64,000 nucleotides of DNA from Promethearchaeia archaeon (GCA_029856155.1 JAHQWL010000023.1:64001-128000); one strand, 5' to 3'; counted from the first letter of the stretch, positions 11,558-20,767 are shown. Numbers and translations: made by a program. Notes: generated by a model from the sequence alone, not told the origin.

Positions 11558-12259
11558 ATGATAATTGTGAGTAAAAGTAAAAAAATATGTGAAAGAATCC
11601 CTGAAGGTGAAGCAATATTAGATCAGATTGACTTCACAACAGAAGAATATAGTGAAGCATGCAGAAAAATGGAAGGAGAATATCGGCGTTTGATAAATTT
11701 TATATTTAAAAAACTTGATATTAAAGAAAATTCAAAAATTTTAGAGATCGGGCCAGGACCAGGATGGATTGGAATTATGATGGCAAAACAAGATCCTTCA
11801 CTGACAATAATTGGAATTGAACTTTCTAAAGATATGATGCGTGTAGCTAATAAAAACATAAGAAAGGAAGGTATTGATGATCGAATTTCTTATATTCACG
11901 GAAATGCTGAAAATATGTATCAATTTTTAGATAACACATTCGATGTTGTTTTTGGAAATGGTACCCTTCATCATTGGGAAAATCCAGTGAAAATTATTAA
12001 CGAAATTTTTAGAGTTCTTAAACCAAATGGAATTTTTTGTATTTCTGATGGTCGTCGAGACATAAGATTAGGAGCAAAAGTAATTTTTCATACAATGAAA
12101 TGGTTTATCCCTAAATTTATGAGAATTGGTTGGAAAACTTCGATAAATGCGGGATACACACCTGAAGAATTAACAGAAATATTAGATCAATCAGATCTAA
12201 AAGGAAAATATGAGTTAAAAACTGATCTTTTTGATCTATTAGTTTATAATAAAACTTAA
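11558..12259 (+). CDS. Class I SAM-dependent methyltransferase (UbiE-like)
   Basis: ILEIGPGPG motif I, FDVV, LHHW, RVLKPNG. Confidence 0.9.
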   Translation: MIIVSKSKKICERIPEGEAILDQIDFTTEEYSEACRKMEGEYRRLINFIFKKLDIKENSKILEIGPGPGWIGIMMAKQDPSLTIIGIELSKDMMRVANKNIRKEGIDDRISYIHGNAENMYQFLDNTFDVVFGNGTLHHWENPVKIINEIFRVLKPNGIFCISDGRRDIRLGAKVIFHTMKWFIPKFMRIGWKTSINAGYTPEELTEILDQSDLKGKYELKTDLFDLLVYNKT

Positions 12260-12279
12260 TTTAAAAAAGGGCAGAACAA

Positions 12280-12747
12280 ATGCCGCAAATTGTAAAGGGA
12301 GGTAAGCACTTATTTGGATGGTCAAGAGTAGGAAATCAAGGTAAAATTAACATTCCTCCCGAAGCTTTTAATGAGTATAATTTAAAACTGGAGAAATACG
12401 CAATCTTATTTTCAGGTAGTAAAACTTCAGGTGGATTTGGATTAAGTTCTGTGAGGATTTTAGAAAATTCTATCATGAAAGAACTAATAGATAAAAACTC
12501 TTCACTAGCTAATTATAGGATACCTGAGGGAGAGTTTATTGAATTTAAAAATAAAAAGTACTGTTGGGTAGCAATCCAAAAAGATAGTAGTATAAATCTA
12601 CCAGAAAAAACTTTACACGCTTTTGGAATTAATAAAAATGATGATTTGCTTTCTGGAAGGGGTAGCCATTTAGCTATCGGATTTATCGCAAAAGGACCAA
12701 TCTTTAAAGAAGCAAAAAAACATCCTGAAATAAAGGTCTTTGAATAA
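12280..12747 (+). CDS. Hypothetical protein, probable tandem AbrB/SpoVT-like fold
   Basis: FGWSRVGNQGKINIPPEA and second SINLPEKTLHAFGI repeat resemble swapped-hairpin motifs. Confidence 0.55.
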   Translation: MPQIVKGGKHLFGWSRVGNQGKINIPPEAFNEYNLKLEKYAILFSGSKTSGGFGLSSVRILENSIMKELIDKNSSLANYRIPEGEFIEFKNKKYCWVAIQKDSSINLPEKTLHAFGINKNDDLLSGRGSHLAIGFIAKGPIFKEAKKHPEIKVFE

Positions 12748-12821
12748 TAGTTGAAAAATTATCATTTAATTAAAAATTTCATCATTTAAAAATAAAAAAA
12801 ACTTAAGTTTTGATTTTTAGT

Positions 12822-13646
12822 CTATCCCCGAAATCTTTTTTGCAGAGTCTTTCCATGTAGAAAGAATGACAGGAATAAAAAAATAAATCCAAACAGCAAT
12901 AAAATTGTAAAATCGAATAATAATCCACAAGTACCAAATGAACTATTTCCTCCTAATCCTGTATTAATTATATCAATAAAATAAGTTAATGGAGATATAA
13001 CAGCTAGTGGAGTCGAACTTATTGGCATAAAAAGAGGACTGATAAATATTAATGGAAATTTAATTAGAAATGTTAAAATCATTGTATTTGCTGGTATATC
13101 GGTTGGAGGTACTGATAATATCAAACTAAAACTCGAAAAAGAAAAAGCTGCTACAATTATACCGATAATGACAATTAATAAATCTATGGAAACTTGGATG
13201 GATAAGAAGATTATCCCTAATACAAGAGGAACCAAAGAAAATAATACTCCAAAAATCGAAGAACCCCAAACACTGCCTAATAAGACAGTTTTGATTGAGA
13301 TGGGACATGTTATTAATCTTTCAAGAGTTTGTTGTCTCGTTTCCCATGGAAATACAACAGGTCCGATGGATGTAGATGTTAAAAATAAAACCATGGCCAT
13401 TAATCCAGAAATCATATAAATTGGCTCAATATTTCGCCCAATTGTAAAAGCAAAAAAAAGGATGACTGGAAATAATATTCCTTGAATTACGACTGGACCT
13501 TTATTATAATAAATTCTGAAATCTTTCTTCGCAATAGCAAAAGATCTTCTTATTTGAGTAATTATTTTTTTAATTTTAGATTGTTCTAATATAAAAGCTT
13601 TTTCGTTAATCTTATCCACCTCCCTCAATAATTTTGAGAAAAGCAT
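12822..13646 (-). CDS. ABC-2 type exporter permease
   Basis: AIAKKDFR, WETRQQTLERLITCPI, ISPLTYFID; about six TM segments; true start probably downstream of 13646. Confidence 0.88.
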   Translation of the reverse strand: MLFSKLLREVDKINEKAFILEQSKIKKIITQIRRSFAIAKKDFRIYYNKGPVVIQGILFPVILFFAFTIGRNIEPIYMISGLMAMVLFLTSTSIGPVVFPWETRQQTLERLITCPISIKTVLLGSVWGSSIFGVLFSLVPLVLGIIFLSIQVSIDLLIVIIGIIVAAFSFSSFSLILSVPPTDIPANTMILTFLIKFPLIFISPLFMPISSTPLAVISPLTYFIDIINTGLGGNSSFGTCGLLFDFTILLLFGFIFLFLSFFLHGKTLQKRFRG

Positions 13647-14604
13647 CTTCTAAAGTTGGCTGGTGAGTATTTAATTGAGTTATTTTTAGGTTATTCAATT
13701 TAGCATGGTTAACTATTTCATGTAATGCATCGTTCACATCTTCCACAATAATATGATAACCATCTTTTATTTCTTGCACTTCTTTAACGGTCATTAGATT
13801 TTTAATCCCTTTTATTTGTTGTGCATTCTCGTAATAACAATCAATTGCGAGATAGTCTTGAGTTAATTTTTTTAAATTATCGGGGGTATCCAACCTAATA
13901 ATGTGTCCATTATTAATTATGGCTATTCTATCACAGAGCTCATTAGCAACACCCATATCATGTGTCGTTAAAAATATAGTCATTCCTCTTTTGTTATAAT
14001 CTTTGATTAATTGTTTGATTACACGAGCAGATTGAATATCTAATCCACTTACAGGCTCATCTAGAAATAATAATTTTGGTTTATTCATTAACGCCATACA
14101 TAATAATAATCTTTGTTTCATTCCTTTGGAATACTTTTTTGCTTTGAAATGACGCTTTTCAAACAGTTCAAACTTCTTAAGTAAAATTTCGGCACGATTT
14201 AGATTTTCCTTTTTATGAATTCCATATAACTCTCCAATGAATGTTAAATTTTGAAGGGCAGTGAGATCCATATATACATTTGCCATCTCGGGAACATTAC
14301 CGATTATTTGTTTTATTGGTATTGGATGGTTCCATATATCTTCTCCAAATATCTTAATTCTTCCTTTAGTAGGTTTTAATACGCCTGTTAACGATCTAAT
14401 AGTAGTGGTTTTCCCTGCCCCATTTGGCCCTAAAAAACCAAAAATTTCTCTTTCTTTTACTACAAAACTAATATTGTCTATAGCCTGAACAGTTTTATCT
14501 TTACTCTTTTGAATTTCCTTACTCTTTCTACTTTTTTTTCCTTGTTTAGCTATTTTAAAATATTTTGATAAGTTATTTACTGTTATTGCATTCATAATTA
14601 TCAC
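13612..14604 (-). CDS. ABC exporter ATP-binding protein (DrrA-like)
   Basis: GPNGAGKTT, YSKGMKQR, LFLDEP, TTH, C-terminal PTLEDAF. Confidence 0.93.
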   Translation of the reverse strand: MIIMNAITVNNLSKYFKIAKQGKKSRKSKEIQKSKDKTVQAIDNISFVVKEREIFGFLGPNGAGKTTTIRSLTGVLKPTKGRIKIFGEDIWNHPIPIKQIIGNVPEMANVYMDLTALQNLTFIGELYGIHKKENLNRAEILLKKFELFEKRHFKAKKYSKGMKQRLLLCMALMNKPKLLFLDEPVSGLDIQSARVIKQLIKDYNKRGMTIFLTTHDMGVANELCDRIAIINNGHIIRLDTPDNLKKLTQDYLAIDCYYENAQQIKGIKNLMTVKEVQEIKDGYHIIVEDVNDALHEIVNHAKLNNLKITQLNTHQPTLEDAFLKIIEGGG

Positions 14605-14646
14605 CTTTAGAAATAAAATGAAAAATAATTAAGAGATTAATTAGAG

Positions 14647-14802
14647 CTACTCATCCTTATCTAAAAGCTCTATATGTTTGAACAACTCTGAAAGTGATTG
14701 ATCACCATGATACTTAATAACCTGATTTATAGAACAACCGTTTGGATGATTCTTCTTAATTTCTGGATGTGAACAATCACACTCTTGTTCTTTTATTTTC
14801 AC
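14647..14802 (-). CDS. Small Cys/His-containing protein (51 aa), absent from the ORF track
   Basis: GGTGA SD just before GTG; MKIKEQECDCSHPEIKKNHPNGCSINQVIKYHGDQSLSELFKHIELLDKDE; co-oriented with and directly upstream of the ABC genes. Confidence 0.6.
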   Translation of the reverse strand: MKIKEQECDCSHPEIKKNHPNGCSINQVIKYHGDQSLSELFKHIELLDKDE

Positions 14803-14950
14803 TTTTCACCATTTATTGCTTTATTATACTAGGTTTAATAATTCAATTTAAAATTTATTTAGTTAAATATTGAATTTAACCAATCAAAATTTTTATTTAA
14901 ATATTTCTTATTTTATATTATAGTCATAAAGATTAGAAAATTAAGATGTT

Positions 14951-15301
14951 ATGAAAGAAATTGAACTCTCTGAAATAGAAGATTACGTACGTCCATTACA
15001 CTGTGGAATTCGATGGAAAATAATTGAATATTTAAGAGATGATCCAAAATCTTCTGATGAGATCTTTAATCATTTAAATGAGTTAAGAGAAAAAGTAGCA
15101 GAGGAAATGAAGTATTGTAAAGGAGAATGCAATCATGTTATAAAAAAAAAGTTGAAAAAACCTACATTATATTATCATTTGAGAGAATTAGAATCAGTTG
15201 GAATCATTTTAATGGAAGAATACAAACCTAGCGAACAAAAAAGAGCTCCAGAAAAAGTTTGGAACTTGATTATGGAGAAATTAATCATAAATTTAAAATA
15301 A
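14951..15301 (+). CDS. ArsR-like winged-helix regulator
   Basis: LHCGIRWKIIEYL...KPTLYYHLRELESVGII; CxxxC insertion. Confidence 0.75.
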   Translation: MKEIELSEIEDYVRPLHCGIRWKIIEYLRDDPKSSDEIFNHLNELREKVAEEMKYCKGECNHVIKKKLKKPTLYYHLRELESVGIILMEEYKPSEQKRAPEKVWNLIMEKLIINLK

Positions 15302-15443
15302 ATGTCTGCTTTTTCATCAATTCTGAAGAATACTAACCGCAATAGAATCATTCTTTAATCTATTTTGTAGTATATTCGATAATTATATACTAATAGAATT
15401 CAAAATTATGATTTATTTTCTTTTCATCAATACATTTAAATAG

Positions 15444-15504
15444 TATGATTCGTATGATCATATTAATATGATCATACTTATATGATCATATCAATATGAA
15501 TCTT
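15444..15504. promoter_or_regulatory. Array of TATGATCATA palindromes (candidate AbrB-type operator)
   Basis: Perfect copies at 15453, 15467 and 15481 (14-bp period); partial copies at 15444 and 15495; just downstream of TTTAAATA. Confidence 0.7.
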
Positions 15505-15509
15505 AAAAG

Positions 15510-15968
15510 GTGATTAAAATAACTGAATTTCCTGATAAAAAAGGCAAATATTTTTTTGGCTCAGTAAAGGTTGGGGAACGCGGTCAAATTGTTATTCCTC
15601 TTAAAGCTAGAGAAGTTTTTGGAATTGAAGCTAAAGATAATGTATATATTTTTGGTGAATTAAATAAGGGTTTAGGTTTAACTAAAAATGTGGAAATTGT
15701 TAGTAAAGAGTTAAAAAAACACGAATACTATTTTGGTGCTGCTAAAGTTGGTGAAAGGGGTCAGATTGTTATTCCCCAGGAAGCTCGAGAGATCTTTAAA
15801 ATAAACTCTGGAGATCTTATTCTTGTATTTGGAGATATTAAAAAAGGGCTTGGCTTTACTAAAGCAACTAAATTAAAAAATTTTGCTATCAAGCTGTTTC
15901 AAGCATTTGGAGATGGTTTTGAGGATATTCAGGATAATAATAAAGGTGATTTAAATGAAGAAGAATAA
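15510..15968 (+). CDS. Tandem AbrB/MazE/SpoVT DNA-binding domain protein
   Basis: Two copies of KVGERGQIVIPxxARE. Confidence 0.9.
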   Translation: MIKITEFPDKKGKYFFGSVKVGERGQIVIPLKAREVFGIEAKDNVYIFGELNKGLGLTKNVEIVSKELKKHEYYFGAAKVGERGQIVIPQEAREIFKINSGDLILVFGDIKKGLGFTKATKLKNFAIKLFQAFGDGFEDIQDNNKGDLNEEE

Positions 15969-16488
15969 AAAACAATCAAATATAGATTTTAGGTTTATGT
16001 CATTTTTCTTTAAAATTCGTGATAGATTTCACCCGCCTATAGCAAAAATTATAAAGGCTAATATTAAGCAAGGAGAAATTGTTTTAGATTATGGGTGCGG
16101 TTCAGGAAGTTATACAATAGCTGCTGTTGAGATAGTAGAACCAAATGGGAAGATTATTGCTGCAGATATTCATCCATTAGCATTGGAAAAAGTTAGAAAA
16201 AAAGCTGAAAAAAAAGGTTGTACTAATATTGAAACCATTCAAACAGATTGCGCTACTGGATTAGATAATGAATATATTGATAAAGTAATTTGTTTTGATG
16301 TATTTCATGACATCCCTCATAAAAATGATATATTAAAAGAATTTCATCGAGTTTTAAAATCAAAATCAATACTTTCTTTTGATGATCATCATATGAATGA
16401 AGATGAGATAATAGATTCCATCACTTCCAAAGGGCTCTTTAAATTGGCTGAAAAGAAGGATCAACAATATAACTTTATTAAAATCTAG
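15955..16488 (+). CDS. Class I SAM-dependent methyltransferase
   Basis: VLDYGCGSG, AADI, EFHRVLK. Confidence 0.9.
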   Translation: MKKNKKQSNIDFRFMSFFFKIRDRFHPPIAKIIKANIKQGEIVLDYGCGSGSYTIAAVEIVEPNGKIIAADIHPLALEKVRKKAEKKGCTNIETIQTDCATGLDNEYIDKVICFDVFHDIPHKNDILKEFHRVLKSKSILSFDDHHMNEDEIIDSITSKGLFKLAEKKDQQYNFIKI

Positions 16489-17271
16489 GTGGAAACAAGG
16501 ATGGAAGATAAACCTAAATATGGATGGTATGTGAAGGATCTAATTATTGGATTCACTATCATAGGATTAATAGGATTATCTGCTTTTATTTACGGATTTT
16601 TAATAGACGGTATAGCGCAAATAATTCTAATAATTTCAGGAGTAGCTGTTGTTTTGGTATTTTTATGGCCAGGTATCGGAATGATAGTATTGAATCTATT
16701 TTTATTGCGAAAAATACCAAAAATAGATTTAATTGCTAGAATGAAAGCATTAGATAAAATAAGTAATCCACAGATTTTAGATGTTGGATGTGGAACTGGA
16801 AGAACAGCAATTAAGATTGCTAAGGCATTAAAAAATGGAGGACATTTATTTGGAATTGATATTTATTCGAAAATGGCAATTTCAGGAAATAGTTTAGATA
16901 CCGTACAAAATAATGCTATAGTTGAAAAAGTAGAAGAAAGAACTACGTTTAAAAATGGTTCTGCTATAGACATCCCTTTTGAAAACAATAGTTTCGATAT
17001 CGTTATTGTTTCTTCAGTACTCCATGAAGTACATGATCAAAACGGTCAAGATAAAGCAATGAAAGAGCTTTATCGAGTTTTAAAACCGGGTGGATATCTT
17101 TACTTGAGTGAATGGAACCGAACATCATGGCAATTAATAGCATTTAGTGGCTTGTGTTGCTTTGTTTTTAAGCATAAAGATTACTGGGAGAAATTACTCA
17201 AAGAAAATAAATTTAAGAATATAATATATGAGAACATCACAGGCTTTGGAATTTTTACCGCAAGAAAATAA
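16489..17271 (+). CDS. Membrane-anchored class I SAM-dependent methyltransferase
   Basis: Two N-terminal TM helices; ILDVGCGTG, PFENNSFD, RVLKPGG. Confidence 0.9.
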   Translation: METRMEDKPKYGWYVKDLIIGFTIIGLIGLSAFIYGFLIDGIAQIILIISGVAVVLVFLWPGIGMIVLNLFLLRKIPKIDLIARMKALDKISNPQILDVGCGTGRTAIKIAKALKNGGHLFGIDIYSKMAISGNSLDTVQNNAIVEKVEERTTFKNGSAIDIPFENNSFDIVIVSSVLHEVHDQNGQDKAMKELYRVLKPGGYLYLSEWNRTSWQLIAFSGLCCFVFKHKDYWEKLLKENKFKNIIYENITGFGIFTARK

Positions 17272-17279
17272 ATTTTTTT

Positions 17280-17822
17280 TTATTCTATTTTTTTATATTT
17301 AAAAATAATACCTTCTTCAATCCAACTCCAATGTAACATTGGTCGTCTAAATTCTCCTTCAAATTCAAAACTAGATTTTTTTATCTGTTCTTGGACTTTA
17401 TTTAATTCAATTCCATAAGAACCTATATGAGTAGCATGATAAGATAAAAATCCGGATTTATCTTTTAAAACTCGATGTATTTCATTTAATAATTTGATTC
17501 TATCGTCTTTATCGAGTAAATGATACACATCATACATTAACACAACGTCTATAAAATTGTTCTTCAATGGAATCGATATTTTTTTCGAAGTCTTTATGAT
17601 TTCGATATTCTTAATATTTTGAGACTTAATTTCAATAGATAATTCCTCTAAATGATCTTCATCGTAATCAAGAGCATAAATTTTACCAGTATTTCCTATA
17701 ATTCGCGAAGCAATTATTGAATATACTCCTGTTCCACATCCAAAATCTAAGATTTTTTGTCCACTTTTAATTCCAAATTCTCTAAGTATACTTTCTCCCT
17801 TTGAATTTAACCATTCTTCCAT
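17280..17822 (-). CDS. Class I SAM-dependent methyltransferase
   Basis: ILDFGCGTG, YALD, EIHRVLK. Confidence 0.9.
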   Translation of the reverse strand: MEEWLNSKGESILREFGIKSGQKILDFGCGTGVYSIIASRIIGNTGKIYALDYDEDHLEELSIEIKSQNIKNIEIIKTSKKISIPLKNNFIDVVLMYDVYHLLDKDDRIKLLNEIHRVLKDKSGFLSYHATHIGSYGIELNKVQEQIKKSSFEFEGEFRRPMLHWSWIEEGIIFKYKKIE

Positions 17823-17912
17823 GTTTATTTCTAATCTTTATTATTTATTAAAATAAAGGATATGAAAAATTTCTATAAAAAGAAAGAATTGTGAAAAATA
17901 TAAAAATAACCT

Positions 17913-19163
17913 TTAAAGTTTTAAGATAATACTCAATAATATTGGAAATTGTTCTTCAGAACCCCAAACGACATAGATTTTATTTTGAATAGGAACAGCT
18001 ACATGCCTAGCCGCCACAATCCAATCCAACCCAACATTATTTCCAGTCTCGGTTTCTTCTTTAAATTTAAAATACATTGTCATTCCTAAATAATCTTGAA
18101 TTTTTGTATCCTCAATTTTAATATCTTCTAGATCTGGAATCGTAAATTCTTTAATATCAAGATCAGGTTGTATCGGTTCTCTCATTTTTTCTGAAGAAAG
18201 CTGTAATGCTGCTCTGATGATAACTTCTTCCTTTATTTTTTTATTATATTCAAAAATAATGAGACCACAATCCTTTTCTTTTCCTACTATTCCAAGGGAG
18301 TTAAAGTCAAATGATTTTTCGCTATATAATTGAAAATCTTTCTTTATTTCTGAGATATCTATCCATCCATTCTCAAGAGTTTCACCCATTATATATCGAA
18401 AACTCTTTAAAATCTTTAATTCCTCTTCTTTTTGTTGAATTCTTTCATCAAATATGCTTGTTAAGGGTCTTGCTACAAAATATTGTGCACTTTTTGGCAA
18501 TAATGGCAATTTAATTATCCATTCTTTACTAATTAAGCGATCAATAATACGATATATAGTTGTTCTTTTAATAGATAAATCTTCATCTAACTCACCTACT
18601 TTTGCCCCTTCATTCCCCTTTCTTAGCAATGTTAAATATACTTTTGCTTCTTCAATACTCAATCCAAATTTAAGTAATCCAAGTTCTTGCAAATTATTAG
18701 TATCATCAAGAAGTATTCTTGGAGTAGCCCATTTTAATTCTTCTACTTTTCCTAATTGGGTATCTAAATCCATATATGGCTTTTTTGTACTTAATTCACT
18801 TAAAGTTCGAGATGCTTCCATCATTCCAAGTCGCATCAATCCATCAGGAGCAATCTTACAAATAATTTTCCTCTCATCGTCTTTAAACCCTAAAATTCCT
18901 CCTTTTTTAATAGGATCTATCCCTACCAATCTTTCAGGAGTACACTGAATTATTAAATATTTTATATCTGAAATTGTAAGAGAAGTATGTTTCATTGATT
19001 TCCAAACTGAATTAATTTCATTAATATCACCACTAATATTCCAATTCTTTGTTGAATATTCTATTTCGTTTTCTCCTTTAATTATTGCTGCTGATATTGT
19101 TTTCGATTCAGACTTTATTAAATTCTTTAGAGCATGCTTTACTTTTTCCATATGTAGAATCAT
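17913..19163 (-). CDS. Profilin-like domain fused to TrmB-type HTH and uncharacterised C-terminal domain
   Basis: aa ~5-135 match the lokiarchaeal profilin pattern as I recall it (SAAII...YSTKNWNIS...W...KYLIIQCTPERLV...GGILGFKDDERKIICKIAPDG...MEASRTLSELSTKKPY); aa ~160-250 FGLSIEEAKVYLTLL...IKRTTIYRIIDRLISKEWI...FVARP is TrmB-like. Confidence 0.8.
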   Translation of the reverse strand: MILHMEKVKHALKNLIKSESKTISAAIIKGENEIEYSTKNWNISGDINEINSVWKSMKHTSLTISDIKYLIIQCTPERLVGIDPIKKGGILGFKDDERKIICKIAPDGLMRLGMMEASRTLSELSTKKPYMDLDTQLGKVEELKWATPRILLDDTNNLQELGLLKFGLSIEEAKVYLTLLRKGNEGAKVGELDEDLSIKRTTIYRIIDRLISKEWIIKLPLLPKSAQYFVARPLTSIFDERIQQKEEELKILKSFRYIMGETLENGWIDISEIKKDFQLYSEKSFDFNSLGIVGKEKDCGLIIFEYNKKIKEEVIIRAALQLSSEKMREPIQPDLDIKEFTIPDLEDIKIEDTKIQDYLGMTMYFKFKEETETGNNVGLDWIVAARHVAVPIQNKIYVVWGSEEQFPILLSIILKL

Positions 19164-19199
19164 TATCTCTTTTTATGTATATTAAAAAAAAAATAAAAA

Positions 19200-19403
19200 T
19201 TATTTTTCTCCAAATTTCTTTTTTATTTCATCTAATACTTTATCATAATAGCTTTTTTCTTTAGATTCTTGAATTTTTGTGAAATATTCCGGCATGATTA
19301 GTCTCTTAGATTCATTTTTTATCTCCTCATCTGTCCAAATTATCCCATCATCCAATATGATACAAGGTATACCATCCAAAAGTTTTATTCGTATCATTTT
19401 CAT
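19200..19403 (-). CDS. Small hypothetical protein (about 67 aa) between actin and the profilin-TrmB gene
   Basis: Track ORF 19200-19493 overlaps the actin 3' end; ATG at 19403 avoids the overlap (MKMIRIKLLDGIPCIILDDGIIW...YYDKVLDEIKKKFGEK). Confidence 0.65.
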   Translation of the reverse strand: MKMIRIKLLDGIPCIILDDGIIWTDEEIKNESKRLIMPEYFTKIQESKEKSYYDKVLDEIKKKFGEK

Positions 19404-19432
19404 CACTTTTAAATATTTTTTGTTGAAACTGT

Positions 19433-20578
19433 TTAAAAGCATCGATGGATAACTTGGGGTCCCATCTCCTTGTATTCTCTTCGAGTAATCCACATTCTAT
19501 GAAATGTTTTTAAGGAACTTAAGATAGATCCTCCTATCCACACAGAATACATTCTTTCTGGAGGAGCGATTATCTTTACATCTATAGATTCAGCAACCTG
19601 TTCTTTTATTTCTCGAGTTAAACGCTCTTTAATTCCGGGAAACATTGTAGAACCGCCTGAAAGGACAATATTACTATAAAGATCTCTGCGTAAATCTACA
19701 TCACATTCAGATATTGCTCCTACCACTTCATCATCTAGAGGAGCTAATTCTTTACCAATCACAGAAGGATTAAATAAGCATTCTGGAGCCAAGAATCTTT
19801 CAATCCCTATTGTGATAGTTTCACCATCAGGAAGCATGAAATTCTTTGCCATACCAGCTACCTTATTTGAAAGTAAAATCTCTTTTTCAGGATCAATAGC
19901 AACATAGCAAAGCTTTTCTTTTATTTCTCTTACAATCTCTTTCTCAGCTGATGTATAAAAGGAATATCCATTTTGACGTAACAATCTCTGTAAATATGTT
20001 GTAACATCCCTTCCAGCAAGATCAATTCTCTGGATTGCATGACTTAAAGCAAATCCTTCAAATATTGGTACTATATGAGCTACTCCATCACCAATATCGA
20101 TTACACATCCTGTTGTTCGACCAGAAGCGTAAAGTGATAATACTGCTTGAGTTGCTATATAAAGCGCCGGAACATTAAATGTTTCGAACATTATTTCTGC
20201 TAGTTTTTCTCGATTTGATCGAGGATTCAATGGAGCTTCAGTTAATAATATTGGGTACTCAGATGGATCAATTCTTAAATCAGTATAAAATGTATAATGC
20301 CAAATTCTTTCCATTGCTGGCCAATCTTCCACAACTCCATGCTCAATAGGAAATTGTAAATTCATTATTCCTTTTAATTCCATCGCTTCTTCACCAATAT
20401 ACCATTCTCGACTATAATCCTTTACATCGGGCATTATGTTTCCATATTTTGGTTTACCAATCACAGTAGGAAACACTGAACGTGGCTGATCTTCTCCTCC
20501 AAATCCATTTTTTGATATTCCGGTCCCATTATCTATAACAATAGCTCTATTATTTCTAAAATCCCCGTTGACTGAAAT
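19433..20578 (-). CDS. Actin (Lokiactin-like), 381 aa with proposed ATT start
   Basis: Frame upstream of the track start encodes AIVIDNGTGISKNGFGGEDQPRSV; also FPIEHG, LLTEAPLNP, QAVLSLYASGRTTG, DIGDG, IKEKLCYVA, LPDG, NIVLSGGSTMFPG, APPER, WIGGSIL, C-terminal HRCF. Confidence 0.97.
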   Translation of the reverse strand: MSVNGDFRNNRAIVIDNGTGISKNGFGGEDQPRSVFPTVIGKPKYGNIMPDVKDYSREWYIGEEAMELKGIMNLQFPIEHGVVEDWPAMERIWHYTFYTDLRIDPSEYPILLTEAPLNPRSNREKLAEIMFETFNVPALYIATQAVLSLYASGRTTGCVIDIGDGVAHIVPIFEGFALSHAIQRIDLAGRDVTTYLQRLLRQNGYSFYTSAEKEIVREIKEKLCYVAIDPEKEILLSNKVAGMAKNFMLPDGETITIGIERFLAPECLFNPSVIGKELAPLDDEVVGAISECDVDLRRDLYSNIVLSGGSTMFPGIKERLTREIKEQVAESIDVKIIAPPERMYSVWIGGSILSSLKTFHRMWITRREYKEMGPQVIHRCF

Positions 20579-20767
20579 TTTAAAACCACCTCTTTTTTTG
20601 ATTATAAGAACTGAATTTTATTAAAGGAATCAATAATTAAATAGATAGTAGACTATTTTTCTTGGAAGATATTCCCAGAAATGATCTAATGTTGATTATC
20701 CATAGAATTCATATTTGATTCCTAAATTTAATAAAACTTTTTCTTGTTGTAATGATATTTTAACTAG

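Noticed and set aside
19404-19493. N-terminal 30 aa of track ORF 19200-19493
   Set aside because: Overlaps the conserved actin C-terminus in another frame; the downstream ATG is more plausible.
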